64,000 bases of DNA from the human T2T-CHM13v2.0 reference genome, Homo sapiens, in the NCBI RefSeq assembly GCF_009914755.1, contig NC_060936.1; one strand, given 5' to 3'. Below, piece by piece: positions 1 through 43,146 of the stretch. Position 1 is the stretch's first letter. The number at the start of each line of letters is the position of its first letter. Position numbers and translations under genes: made by a program. Below the pieces are notes generated by a model. It saw nothing but the letters and a program-made list of their open reading frames with translations, made no database searches and was not told where the DNA came from.

Positions 1-24
1 TGACACCAGTGGCATATCACGGCC

Positions 25-211
25 ATGGGGTCTCAGCATTCCGCTGCTGCTCGCCCCTCCTCCTGCAGGCGAAAGCAAGAAGATGACAGGGACGGTTTGC
101 TGGCTGAACGAGAGCAGGAAGAAGCCATTGCTCAGTTCCCATATGTGGAATTCACCGGGAGAGATAGCATCACCTGTCTCACGTGCCAGGGGACAGGCTA
201 CATTCCAACAG
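25..211 (+). CDS. TMEM106C: TMEM106C first coding exon (window starts inside its 5'UTR part)
   Basis: ATG at 25; MGSQH...[13 protein letters not shown]; donor GT at 212. Confidence 0.95.
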
Positions 212-3200
212 GTGATCATGGAGGGATGATTCCCTGATGAGAATCCCAAGGTACCCTCGGAGTTCTCCTGTCTGCCCAGACAAATTTTCTTCTAGGCAGT
301 AATACCATAATAGAGACAGTGCCCTGGACAGGAGCCAGCTCAACTGACTTAATACACTTGGGCAGTTCTGCAACTTCTCTTCCTCTCCTTATTTTTCCAA
401 CCCTTTCTTTTCTTTACCGCCACTCTTGTTCTTTTCCTGAGGTTTGGAACATTCAGTTCGCTCTGTGTTGTGGGATTTGTTGACAGGCACATTTCTTTAT
501 CGCTGTCACAAGGATTGGGACAGCTTTGCGGGGGAACCATCTTGGAAGCTGCTTTTCAAGGAAATGGGTAGCTAATCCTTAACAGCCTAAGGTCAGAAAA
601 ATATATCAGGTCAAGAGAGAGAGACAAATACTTAGCCTTGGTACAGGATCATCTATTACTATTAACAAATTGGCCCTCAGAAAGTCTTTAACAGTTTAGC
701 TGGAGAGTCACAGAAATTTAGAGCTGGTTAGGACCTTCAAAATCATTTACTCCAAAGCTTCCATATGAAAGGCAAGGAAACCATGGCCTTGAGAGATTCG
801 ACGACTCTGCCAAGCCCATGCAGTAAAGCCAGAACAGGATCCCAGGTTTTTCAACTTCCACATCACTACCCTGGCAGCACTGATAGATGTTTTATAATTT
901 GTGGCACTCTCTTGTTTCTTGTTCATTAGACCCAACATGTGAATTTCACTAGTATTTTTTAAAATGTCTCATTCCAGAAGAATATTTGTTGTGGCAGGCT
1001 CAAGTGAGACGTGAAGGAAGTACTGCCAACACATGGGATTTACAAAATAATTGTTTGGCTCTTTTCTAGAGCAAGTAAATGAGTTGGTGGCTTTGATCCC
1101 ACACAGTGATCAGAGATTGCGCCCTCAGCGAACGTGAGTTACCTGCTTCTCACCTGTTAATACCTACTTCTGTCCCTAATCTCTTTCTGTATGTATGAAT
1201 GCCAGTTAATTCTTTGAAAACTACACATGTTCTTATAAGTTCCCCATTTTCCTTATAACTGTTTGCCCAAGCAAGATATCTCTGCCCCCATCACAATCTG
1301 GGGAAAGAAACTTGAAGCTGGAAATGCTTTGAAGGTCAAGGAATGGAATCAGAAGAAACTGGGAAAGTGGAGTGTTCTGGGAGGTGTGGGACTGTCTCTG
1401 TCCACATAGCTCCTTTCTTCAGCTTTTCTTCCCAGAGTGCAAACAGTGTTTAAAGGAGTTTTAAAAGGTTTCTCCTGCTTCACTGCTTCTTAACTGGTTT
1501 ATGGTTCCTGGCTCTTGGAACTTCCCTTTCAACTCCCTTCTCTTTCCTGGTTTTGTGTTTAATCTTGACACATTGAACCTTGATATCTGACTGCCTGGGT
1601 CGGTCATGTGCTGTGTCATTTGCAGTAAGCAATATGTCCTCCTGTCCATCCTGCTTTGTCTCCTGGCATCTGGTTTGGTGGTTTTCTTCCTGTTTCCGCA
1701 TTCAGTCCTTGTGGATGATGACGGCATCAAAGTGGTGAAAGTCACATTTAATAAGCAAGACTCCCTTGTAATTCTCACCATCATGGTAAGCCTTAGGGTT
1801 TCATTCCCTGGGTTGTGCACCTGCCAGGCTGGGACCCAGGACACTTACACTTGTTTCCTGACTTGCCCTGATGTAGGCCACCCTGAAAATCAGGAACTCC
1901 AACTTCTACACGGTGGCAGTGACCAGCCTGTCCAGCCAGATTCAGTACATGAACACAGTGGTCAGTACATATGTGACTACTAACGTCTTCCTTATTCCAC
2001 CTCGGAGTGAGCAACTGGTATGCTGTTCTTTTAGGAATCTTGCCCCACAGGCCTAAGAGAAGAGTAGGGGGCTGTAGGAATGCCATAGCTGTGTCACTTT
2101 CCTTTTTGTCTCCTCATTTCTACTTGTAGGAACTGGTGATGAGGAAGACCTGTTGGGCCCTGTAATTATAAATAATTGTGAGAAAAAACAGCTATCATTT
2201 AAGCATTTGGGGAGCAGAATAATTTGTAAGAGACAAAGATTTGCTACAAAATAAGAAGCAGCAGTGTTACAGCCTGAGGTCCATTGGCCTCTCAAAAGGG
2301 AAGAGGTTGGCAGTATCAATTAGAGGCTCATAGACTATATTAGGGACAATCTCAGGGAAGTATTTTGCATGTGATGGAAGAATGACCCAAGGTCTTTGGA
2401 TTGCTAATAATAATACTGTTCTGTGTCAAGCCTGCTTGGCCACAGACCAACTCTGGTATCTTATTTTCAGGTGAATTTTACCGGGAAGGCCGAGATGGGA
2501 GGACCGTTTTCCTATGTGTAGTAAGGACACTGTTCTCTCTGTGTGTGCTCTCTACTGGAGGAAAGGGATTCAAAGTCATACTCCATTGATTGGGGCCTGG
2601 TCCTGCCTTAGATCTCAGCTTTTGGCTTATAGGTTCCCTGGCTTTGGATGTCTTGAGATTTATTTGAAGAATGTATTATTATTATGTGTGTATTTGAAGA
2701 ATGTATTATTTGATATGTGACAGAAGTGCTGGAATTTCTAAAAGAGAACATTAAGCCACTAAAAACGTTACCAAGCTCCAGCACTTATGTGATGGGTTTG
2801 AAAAAACAGAAAGTGGTATGACGCTGTGGGAGGATGAAAATGACAGTGGCAGGGACTGAGAGCTGACAAGCCTTGGCAGCACTTAGGTCGGAAGGGGGAG
2901 GGGGGCACCCCAAACAGGACAGTGTAACTCTGCACTCTTCTACTGAGGCTTTAAAAAAAAAAAAACTGACTATTTCCATATTTGCTGTTTGGTAGCTTCT
3001 TCTGCACGGTACCTGAGATCCTGGTGCACAACATAGTGATCTTCATGCGGTGCGTCTCTCTTCCCTATCCCGATGGCCTGTCCGGCCATGTGAGCCTACC
3101 ACCTTTGCTCAGGAGGCCCCTGTGTGACCACAGGGCAGAGGCACCTAGCCCGAGGGGACACCCTGTGCCTCACAGGCACAGATACAGTAGACCCTTGGTG

Positions 3201-4017
3201 TTCTCTAAACACAGTGTCCACATGCCCTTCACAAATCACCAGTCACCCTGAGCAGTCAAACATTTTCTCCATAAAATGGGTCTAGTGTAACTAAACACTT
3301 GATCCCCTCAGAATCCTAATGAGACAGTCATGAACAGAAAAGCTTTCTCAAGATGTTAAGTACTGGGCATTTGACCAGACTTCCTCTCTAGCCACACAAA
3401 TTACCACATGTCATGGACCTTTAGGGTTGTTTTCTGGAAGCATGGCTGTTAAATTTGCAAGTGACAAGACTCTGCTGCAGACATGAAATATGAGGGGTTA
3501 GAGCAGAGTTTCTCAGCCTTGGCACTACAAACATTTTGGGCCAGACCTTTGTTGTAGGGGGCTGTTCTGTGCATTATAGGATGTTTAACAGTATTCCTGG
3601 CATCTGCCCACTAGATCCCAGTAGTAAACCCTCCATCCCTTAGTTGTGACAACCCAGAATGTCTTCAGGCATTGCCAGAAGTCTCCTGTGGGGTAAAATC
3701 ATTCTCGATTGAGAAGCCTTGTTTGGAAGGCCACCTCCTGGCACAGTATCTCTGTGAAAGTGGAAAGATCTTCTGGCCTCCTGGTTACATAACCATGAGG
3801 ATATGTGCCTGGGGCCCGTGGGTATTGTTCTCTGAACTTGCAAAAAATTTCCTGGGACATTTTTCTGGCTTATTTCATCCCCCAAACATAATTAATTCTT
3901 CTTGGTTTTCTTTTCCCTAGAACTTCAGTGAAGATTTCATACATTGGCCTCATGACCCAGAGCTCCTTGGAGACACATCACTATGTGGATTGTGGAGGAA
4001 ATTCCACAGCTATTTAA
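25..4017 (+). CDS. TMEM106C: TMEM106C transmembrane protein 106C, join(25..211,1070..1133,1626..1785,1877..2017,2471..2520,2996..3049,3921..4017)
   Basis: Seven GT-AG exons sum to 753 nt = 250 aa + TAA; [17 protein letters not shown]... N-terminus, CxxCxGxG motif, one TM helix, lumenal domain ending ...GGNSTAI*. Confidence 0.97.
1070..1133 (+). CDS. TMEM106C: TMEM106C coding exon 2
   Basis: ttttctag|...(E)[20 protein letters not shown]|gtgagt. Confidence 0.95.
1626..1785 (+). CDS. TMEM106C: TMEM106C coding exon 3 (TM helix)
   Basis: tgcag|[27 protein letters not shown]...LTIM|gtaagc. Confidence 0.95.
1877..2017 (+). CDS. TMEM106C: TMEM106C coding exon 4
   Basis: tgtag|[13 protein letters not shown]...PPRSEQL|gtatgc, 141 nt. 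Confidence 0.93.
2471..2520 (+). CDS. TMEM106C: TMEM106C coding exon 5
   Basis: ttttcag|[16 protein letters not shown]|gtaagg. Confidence 0.93.
2996..3049 (+). CDS. TMEM106C: TMEM106C coding exon 6
   Basis: ggtag|[17 protein letters not shown]|gtgcgt. Confidence 0.93.
3504..3721. mobile_element. MER20 DNA transposon (hAT-Charlie MITE)
   Basis: cagagtttctcagccttggcact...gttgtgacaacccagaatgtc...gattgagaagccttg resembles the MER20 consensus as recalled. Confidence 0.85.
3921..4017 (+). CDS. TMEM106C: TMEM106C last coding exon
   Basis: ttccctag|[34 protein letters not shown] 4015-4017. Confidence 0.95.
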
Positions 4018-4254
4018 CAACTGCTATTGGTTCTTCCACACAGCGCCTGTAGAAGAGAGCACAGCATATGTTCCCAAGGCCTGAGTTCTGGACCTACCCC
4101 CACGTGGTGTAAGCAGAGGAGGAATTGGTTCACTTAACTCCCAGCAAACATCCTCCTGCCACTTAGGAGGAAACACCTCCCTATGGTACCATTTATGTTT
4201 CTCAGAACCAGCAGAATCAGTGCCTAGCCTGTGCCCAGCAAATAGTTGGCACTC

Positions 4255-4260
4255 AATAAA
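4255..4260 (+). terminator. TMEM106C candidate proximal poly(A) signal
   Basis: AATAAA in the 3'UTR. Confidence 0.55.
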
Positions 4261-4646
4261 GATTTGCAGAATTTAATACAGATCTTTTCAGCTGTTCTTA
4301 GGGCATTATAAATGGAAATCATAACGTGGTTCTAGGTTATCAAACCATGGAGTGATGTGGAGCTAGGATTGTGAGTGACCTGCAGGCCATTATCAGTGCC
4401 TCATCTGTGCAGAAGTCGCAGCAGAGAGGGACCATCCAAATACCTAAGAGAAAACAGACCTAGTCAGGATATGAATTTGTTTCAGCTGTTCCCAAAGGCC
4501 TGGGAGCTTTTTGAAAAGAAAGAAAAAAGTGTGTTGGCTTTTTTTTTTTTTTTAGAAAGTTAGAATTGTTTTTACCAAGAGTCTATGTGGGGCTTGATTC
4601 ACCCTTCATCCATTGGCTGGAACATGGATTGGGGATTTGATAGAAA

Positions 4647-4652
4647 AATAAA
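4647..4652 (+). terminator. TMEM106C distal poly(A) signal
   Basis: AATAAA followed by GT/T-rich downstream sequence (tgtgtct...gtgttttgt). Confidence 0.75.
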
Positions 4653-7261
4653 CCCTGCTTTTGATTCATCTGTGTCTCCTCTGATTGCCTGGGTGTTTTG
4701 TAGGGATCTCTGGGGGAACCGTAGAATAGTTCCCTTCCAAGTGGGTCAGGATGGAATAGGAGGAAAGAGACTGCACCCTGATTGTACTCCCGTTCCCATG
4801 AGTTCCTGTCACAGCAAGCAGCCTCATTTTCTTCCATCTGCCTCTTGCGGCAGGGGGCTACCCTGTTCCCTTCCAGGACAGAGCACTCAGTGCCCCATGG
4901 AGGTTGGAATTCAGTCTTGAATAAGACATCCTGGTTTGAGGTTGTAAGTTTCTTGGGTCATCTCCACCTGCTCTGCCACCAGAGGTTAGGCTACAGCCCC
5001 AGGATGGCAGAGAATCTAGTTAAGAAGCTTTAGTAGTCAAGTGTTAGAAGTCAGCTCTTCCCATAGCACTGGGACCTCAGGAAACCCTAACAACAACAGG
5101 TGGTGGCTGGGGTTGTATATTAGTTTTTGTCTCCATTCCCATAGCTTGGTTTTCAATATTTGCTTAATGATCTGTATAGTCTTGAATCTTCAAACTAAAG
5201 CTAAATTTCATGACTGTTGGGCTGACTTCGACCATAACGGAGGAACCCAGAAGCTGAGGGTTAAGTTTTGGTGTTGTCCTGGATCATGTAGTGACACAGG
5301 TACATGACAGTGATGACTGATGTGGATTGATGATAGGACATCACCACTTACACGGAAGCAAATGTGCACCGTTTCTGAGCATGCTGCCCTAATCAGAACA
5401 TGCCCTAAACACATGAAGATGTTCACGTTGCTACATTTGCTCTTTAGTTTTCCTGTTTTCCAAATAGCCTGTGTAACAGATTTTTCATGGAAGTTTGAAA
5501 AAGATACTCATACTGGTACTTCAGTTTTGAAACATTTTTTTTTGTGACCATGTGCCTTAGTAACATTTCTTGCTTTTGATATTATCTTAAAATCCAGTTA
5601 TGATATTAGAATGAGAGCACTTACATTTTTAAAACATATAGCAATAAATCTGACGTTATAATACTATCAATTTCCATATCTGTTTACATTATTAGCATCC
5701 CAAACTGCACTTTGGGTTGTTCTACAGGGCTTTATTGTAGTGTCTGTCAATTCTTGAACAAATGCCTGGAGTATTCTCTCAGCACCCCAGAATAGAAAGA
5801 GAAAGTGGCTAGCTTTGGTGTCATTGTCATCACCATTGTGTTCCCGATGGATTGAAGTTTTCAGAGTGTGTTTCTTGGAGAGAGGCTTTGCTAGCTATCT
5901 CTTCTCTGTAGTTTCTGGCTTGGCCTATACTGTGACCTGTTTCTTATCTCAAACTACTTATACCGGATCACCTGGTTGAAGAGTTGTTGCATACAGAAAT
6001 CTCCATTCATTTATTTACTCATTCTAGAAAGTATTTATTGAGTACCTGCTGTATGCCTAGGATTGCAATTTCTAATGCATTTTGTCTAGAGTCATAGCTG
6101 GAGTTTAAAACTATCACAAATCTTTTATGCTCACCAGGCCTTATATAGGCCATAGTGTATCTCCACCAACTATTCTGCAACCCTAGGTACCTCAGTGCAG
6201 GACCTCCACGATCTCTGGGTCATCTCTCAGGGATTCTAGCCCAAAGTGTGAAAGAAATTATTAAAAGAATCAGCCTATTTGTTTAAAGCACTACATGAAT
6301 CAATAGGGTCCCAGGTCTTTTCTCTGGGCAAAATAATCCTTATTCTTTGCCTTGATAAGTAAAATTCTTTATTACCTGGTTAGCACTCCTTTAAGATTCT
6401 GTGTTCTTTCAGTTGTTTAGAAGGGAACCCGTTTCAGAAGTTCTGTGATTTGCACAGGATCCAAGGGACTTGAGAGTAAGTCTTAGCTGGAGCTGAGACT
6501 GCCGACTCCTCGTCCAAAGCCTGTGATGCCGGACACTTCCATGGAGATGAGGAGGCTCAAGAGAGGGAAAGCCTGGCCCAGCCCCTTAAAATCAGCAAGC
6601 TGGGTCTTTCCACTCAGTCCTGCTGAGTGGAATTTATCCAGAGTCCTGCTGGGGTTGGGAATTTATCTGACAAGTTGTTCTGACCAGTGAGACTGTCTCC
6701 TTTCTGGGGGCATCAGGGATCACAGAAGTTAGTAACGATCCTGGTTATTCTCACCTTCCCCTCCGGGCCAAAGGAAGACAAGGAAGCGGCACAGGGAGCA
6801 CAGCCCTGCCAGCCAGGGTGGCGATTTCCACCTGACCCTAGTGCAGGCAGAGGCAGAGCTTTCCGTGCACTGCCCTGGGCTCTCCTTTCTACTTCATGCC
6901 GCAGTTACCTAGGGAGCAGCTGCTATTATTTCTGAGTTTGACTAGGGACTCAAGAAGCGGGTGAACTGCAAGGAATCACCTTGATCCTGGGACTTCTCTT
7001 GCAGAGGTCTAAGCTGATGGTCACAATCTACTGAACTACTTCATTAAGAGTAAGTAGGCTCTGGAGTTGGACAGGTTGGAGCAGAGCTCAACTCTCTAGC
7101 TCCAGCTAGGAACCCATATACGTCACCTGCTCTCCTCCGACCCTAATTAGCGCTCTTGGTAGGTGGAAGGGTTGTTTAACTTATGAGATAGCTATTCTAA
7201 TTATGTGTTTTCAGTGATCATGTTTTCATTTTACTCCTTTGTCATGAACTAGCTCTGGTGG

Positions 7262-7760
7262 GGTATATATTATTATTGTAGGTGTATATGTATGTATGTG
7301 TATATACATACATACATATATAAACCTAGGTATATATTATATATATTATTAAATAATATATAGGTATATATAGGTATATATAGGTGTATATATATAGGTA
7401 TATATTATATATAGGTATATATTATTTAATAATATATAGGTATACATTAATAATATATAGGTATATATTATTTGTATAATAATATATGTATATATTTGTA
7501 TAATATATGTATATATTATTATATTGTATAATAATATATGTATATATTATTATATTGTATAATAATATATGTATATATTTATATTGTATAATAATATATA
7601 GGTATATATTATCTATATTGTATAATAATATATAGGTATATATTATCTATATTGTATAATAATATATAGGTATGTATTATCTATATTGTATAATAATATA
7701 TAGGCATATATTATTATCTGGTGATAATTTATATCATAAATTGAGTATTAATATATACAA
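7262..7760. repeat. COL2A1 3' AT-rich minisatellite (VNTR), 31/34-bp units
   Basis: Units ttgtataataatatatgtatatattattata (31) and ttgtataataatatataggtatatattatctata (34) between 7472 and ~7720, with TA-rich flanks, about 1 kb past the COL2A1 3' end. Confidence 0.92.
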
Positions 7761-8713
7761 ATCCAACACAAGTGTCTCATTTATTTTTACTATTTAATAG
7801 AAAAGCTGTCAACCTTAACCTGGAGGAAGCAGGGGCAGGGATGGGAGAGAGGGATAGAGAAAGGGGTAGCTCTCTGTTTTATCAGTTGTGCCAAATATTT
7901 GGAAATTTACTTCACAGAATGCTACTGCCCTCTGATTGATTTGGAGTCTCCCGCCCACTTCCCGCGTTCCCGTCACCGTGGAGAAGGGGACAACTTGCTC
8001 ATTGTTGCCACCTGTCCAGGTCATTGAAAGGCAAGGGACACCCAAGAGTAGGAAGAAATGGGAAGCAGTCCATTCTTAAGCCTGGTGTTCAGAGTCCGTG
8101 GAAATTTTAAGTGCAGGCCCAGGGAGTGAAGAATGGGGGCCACAGTGGCGGGGGCAGGAGGAATATGGGTGGGCCAGGTCACATTTCCACCTCTCCTTGA
8201 CCTACAACCAAAAGTCTTACAGAGGGACACAAATAGATCACTCAGATTGATCGTGTGCACTTAACCACGGGCCCCTGCAGGATTTGCTCCCCTGTCTTCT
8301 TCCTTTCTCGAGGGAGTATCTCCCACGTCTCCGATCCAGCAGGATGCAGCCCACATGTGGTCTTACACCGTAAGCTGGCAGGGCACTAATGTGTCATAGA
8401 GCTGTGTTCAGTGTTTACCTTCAAGAGCAATGCCCTCCCTCTAGCATACCTCCCTTCTCAAGTTTTGGTTTCTGGTCCTGTTCAACAGTGGGTTCCACAT
8501 AGTGCCAAGGTTTACCAGAGAGGCAAGTTCATGTTTGTGTGAGGCTGCTAACCCTGGCGGTGTGGCTTCAGTGTCCTTACTCTCGGTTGAAAAATCAACA
8601 GAAGAAGTCCTTAGGACTGCTATTTGGGCATGCCTACAGAACGGAGGATTAATGGAAAACAAACTAAAGAACAAACCACAAGTCAATATGTACTTTCCAA
8701 TAATCTTTTCATT

Positions 8714-8719
8714 TTTAAT
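8714..8719 (-). terminator. COL2A1 distal poly(A) signal ATTAAA
   Basis: tttaat on + strand; T/GT-rich sequence downstream on - strand. Confidence 0.8.
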
Positions 8720-8938
8720 ATCAATTGATGTTTTAAAAAATACAGAGGTGTTTGACACAGAATAGCACCATTGTGTAGGACACACACAGTTCCTGCGCCC
8801 GGCACCTGAAGGGAGGTCTTCTGGCCTGGGCTGGGGGCAGTCACTCAGGGGGCATTTGACTCACACCAGTTAGTTTCCTGCCTCTGCCTTGACCCGAAGG
8901 TCTTACAGGAAGACAATAAATAAATAGAACACCGAGAT

Positions 8939-8944
8939 TTTATT
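8939..8944 (-). terminator. COL2A1 proximal poly(A) signal AATAAA
   Basis: tttatt on + strand, about 190 nt after the stop codon. Confidence 0.6.
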
Positions 8945-9130
8945 TTGCAGTCTGCCCAGTTCAGGTCTCTTAGAAAGAGAGGGGAGAAAAGTCCGAACTG
9001 TGAGAGGGTGGGATGAATGGACATCAGGTCAGGTCAGCCATTCAGTGCAGAGTCCTAGAGTGACTGAGATTGGAAAGTACTTGGGTCCTTTGGGTTTGCA
9101 ACGGATTGTGTTGTTTCTGGGTTCAGGTTT

Positions 9131-40056
<30,926 letters not shown>

Positions 40057-40132
40057 TCACCGCGGGGCCTGGCTGAGCCGGGCCCGGGCGGAGCGCAGCG
40101 AAACGGCAGGAGCACGGCGCGGGTCCGGGTCT

Positions 40133-40147
40133 CTACCGCGCCCTCAT
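40133..40147 (-). other. Four-codon upstream ORF (MRAR*) in the COL2A1 5'UTR
   Basis: ATG AGG GCG CGG TAG, ending 79 nt before the main ATG. Confidence 0.7.
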
Positions 40148-40232
40148 GCAGGAGGCCCTTGGAGCAGGAGGAGGAAGCGGGAGACCCGGCAGCCCAGCAG
40201 CGCTCTGCGTCTTCTCCCCGCCGCGGCGCCCG

Positions 40233-40238
40233 TTATAT
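40233..40238 (-). promoter_or_regulatory. COL2A1 TATA box (ATATAA); TSS about 40210
   Basis: Only AT-rich hexamer in the GC-rich promoter, ~180 nt upstream of the ATG. Confidence 0.85.
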
Positions 40239-42372
40239 GCGCCCGGCCCCTTTCGAGGCTGGCGAACTCGCCCAAACCGCGGGCCGCCCCCTGCCCCCCG
40301 CTGGGCTGTAACCTGAACCGCCCGCCCCCGGAGCCCGCCTGGGCCCTGCCAGTGCCCGCACCTGCCCAAGCCGGACCCCCCTCTCTGGGAGTCACGCTTC
40401 CCGCCCTCCACCCCTAGTGCGCCGAGTGGCCTGATCGGGCGGGGCGCAGAGATGGCCCCTGCCCCCCAAACCCGGGGCTGCGGCGCTGCCCCCCTCTGAC
40501 CACAGGCGGGAAGGGTGGCCTCCGGCCCCTCCCCTCGGAGTTCTGCCGGAGTTGGAGGGGAGGGGGTGTTTGCAGAGGCGCAGGCCGAGAGCCCTAGACC
40601 AAGGACGGAAAAGACATGGGAGGGAGGAGGGAAAGCGGTAGAAAGGAGCAGCGGAGGGCGAGGGGGCACCGCGTCAGGCGTTTGGGAGTGGGGACAGGGA
40701 GGAGCCCACAGAGATTCAGAGTCCTAAATCTTGGAGACAGGCTAGCTGAGCCAGATCTGAAGGGTTACCCCGACCTATCTTTTAGCCCTTCCCTGCAGTA
40801 CCTGGTCCCCAGACTCCCACCTGGACGTTCACAGCGACTGCCCTCCACCCCTCCCCCATCCAGCTCTGCGTTGAAGGCTTCCTCTGGAGCACAGGCCGAA
40901 GTTGGCCTGAGCCGACAGCCAGGAAAAGAGCTGGTGTGTTACTGCACAGAAGGAGACCTGTGTGAAGGTGTGGGGGGCAGGGGCAGGCCCTGGGAAGGGG
41001 ACTGAAAGAGCCACAGAGGACGGAGGGAGCCGAGACTAAACGGTGCAAGCTGCCTGCTGTGGGGGGACTGTCTAGCTCCAGGCTCAGACGTGGTGTCTGC
41101 TCTTCCTGGCTGGGGTCCGGGAGTCCCCCGGGGAGTGGGCACTGCCGGCCGTCGTAGAGCAGCTTTGGCCAGGGACGGTTGGTCACTGCTGCGGCCCTGG
41201 CCAGGGATCGGGGAGGCCGATCCAGCTGGCGAGTTCTGTGAGCCGGGGAGAAGCGCCAGAATTTCCCAGTCGGCCCCCTAGCCCTCCGCTTGCCGCCTCA
41301 CCTCACCTTCCCCGGTGAGCGCCCTCTCTCACCTTAGCCAAACTGCCTTCTTCCCAGGGCTTAGCTGGTCTCTTCTCTTGGTCTCCGGTGCCTCCTTTCA
41401 TACCAGGGAGGAAACGTCCCCAAACAGACCTTCCTTTTGAGCGATATGGTCCCCCAAAGAACTATAGGCAAAATGAAACTCAGAATTTGGGGTCTGACTT
41501 AACCAGAACTTCTGCCCTCCTGGGCAGTTTTGTTTCTCTGGAGCTTTCCCCCTAGAAGCTGAGAGCACTTGAAAGAAGCTACTTCTGGGCCTTAGGCTTC
41601 CACCAGGGGTCCTGGGACCCCATCCCTAGCCTATCATGCTTTGACACTTGTCCTGGTAGAGGCTGGAGTTCCAAGTGCTCTGGTTGGAAAGGGAAAGAAC
41701 TCATTGTTGAAGGAAATGCTTCTAGGCTTTGTCCAGTCTGGATGGAGATGGGGAAGAATTCAACCAGTTTCCAGCATCTCCCCTACCTTCCACGGGCCTT
41801 GTCTGAGTCTCCATGCTCCCATTCAGGGGCTTGCATTAAGCTCTGGGCTCTTCCTCAGGCCCAATCTCTGCTAGAAGAAAGCTGGTCTCTTGCCATCAGT
41901 GCCCCATGTCCTCTTTGGGGCTCAGAAGGTCCTATATTCTCTACCTGGAAGATAGAATGACCAAATTCCACACATTTATCAAGACCTCCTAGGTTAAAGC
42001 CCCTCTGAGAAGCCTTCTCTGATATCTCTAGAACACAACGTCTCCCTGGCTTTCTGAATCCCCCTGGCATTTATAGCCTAAGCTACATATGTTTTTGTGT
42101 AGTTTTAATTTTTTCCCCTTATATCCATTGGTCTTTATCTCATCAATGAGCTTGGAAGATGCTTGGGGACAAGAACTGTGCCTAGCACAATTCTAACACA
42201 TAGGAGTTAGGAAAGCCCCTGTGGACTAATAATTTAGATACAACTATAAAGGCATTTATACAACTGACTTCAAATACAAGTTGTCATAAAAATTCAACAG
42301 AAAAAAAAAGAATTTGGGAGAACACACTAAAGTATGTGGAAAAAATCGAAGCCTAGTTCAAAATGATCCAGT

Positions 42373-42551
42373 TTAGTGAGTAGCAAAGTGGTACAGACTC
42401 GTTGCAAATTTGTTCTTAATTTCATCCTCTAGCTCTGTGATTCATCTTTGCCAATAGACTGTGTCTACATATAAGAGCTTTGGATTCCTTCCAGCAATCA
42501 TGGTCCATCTATGAGTACAAGTTAAGCTCTCCACCCACTGTGGGAAAATTT
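42373..42551 (-). pseudogene. GREB1-like remnant, last recognisable exon
   Basis: IFPQWVESLTCTHRWTMIAGRNPKLLYVDTVYWQR*ITELEDEIKNKFATSLYHFATH* vs recalled LEGLPCILIFSGMDP..LRYCD..RTALEQELG. Confidence 0.6.
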
Positions 42552-42736
42552 CTTTTCACCAGCAACGGGAATTGACATAAGAAAAATAAAATTTAAAATT
42601 TAAATTGACAAAGCCAAAATAAACTATGGAAATTATTAAAATTCTAAAGCCAATTGAACACCAACATTAATATTTTACCCATCTGTGACTCCAAACAACT
42701 AATTAAAAACCTCTAATTTGTGACTCAAACTGGAAT

Positions 42737-42989
42737 TAGACCTATATGTGGCACACATATGCAAATCACTGATTTGGAAATTGATCGTCCAACAATCTCA
42801 CTATCCATACCATACCCAAGAAACTGAAAAGAAGGGGAACTAAACCACTAAATAGCCAGAATTGATGTTATATAAAGCTATGCATTTTGTGCACTGTAGA
42901 GTCCTTCTTACTCCATGTCTGCTAATTCATAGTTTAGATATTGTATTAACACGTAATGGCATCTGACCTCACCAATTAGATGCAGAAAA
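42737..42989 (-). pseudogene. GREB1-like remnant exon
   Basis: Long pyrimidine tract then tag|; FLHLIGEVRCHYVLIQYLNYEL vs FPRLHSAVIRTFVLVQHYAAAL; SKSVICICVPHIGL vs GHGLMVLLRVPCSPL. Confidence 0.65.
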
Positions 42990-43146
42990 CTAGAGGTGAG
43001 ATAGGAAAGCAGCAGTTGTTGATGAAGCACAATGAGAACAGGAAAAAGGGAGAGTAAGAGAGGACACAGAAAAGCAATGTGAAGTTGACACAACAAATAC
43101 AAAACATGGTAGCCGAAGGTCAGTGGGGTAGGGTCAATGCCCTTAC

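Noticed and set aside
7262-7760. Repeat array as CRISPR-like
   Set aside because: Tandem units with no unique spacers in a mammalian genome; it is a minisatellite.
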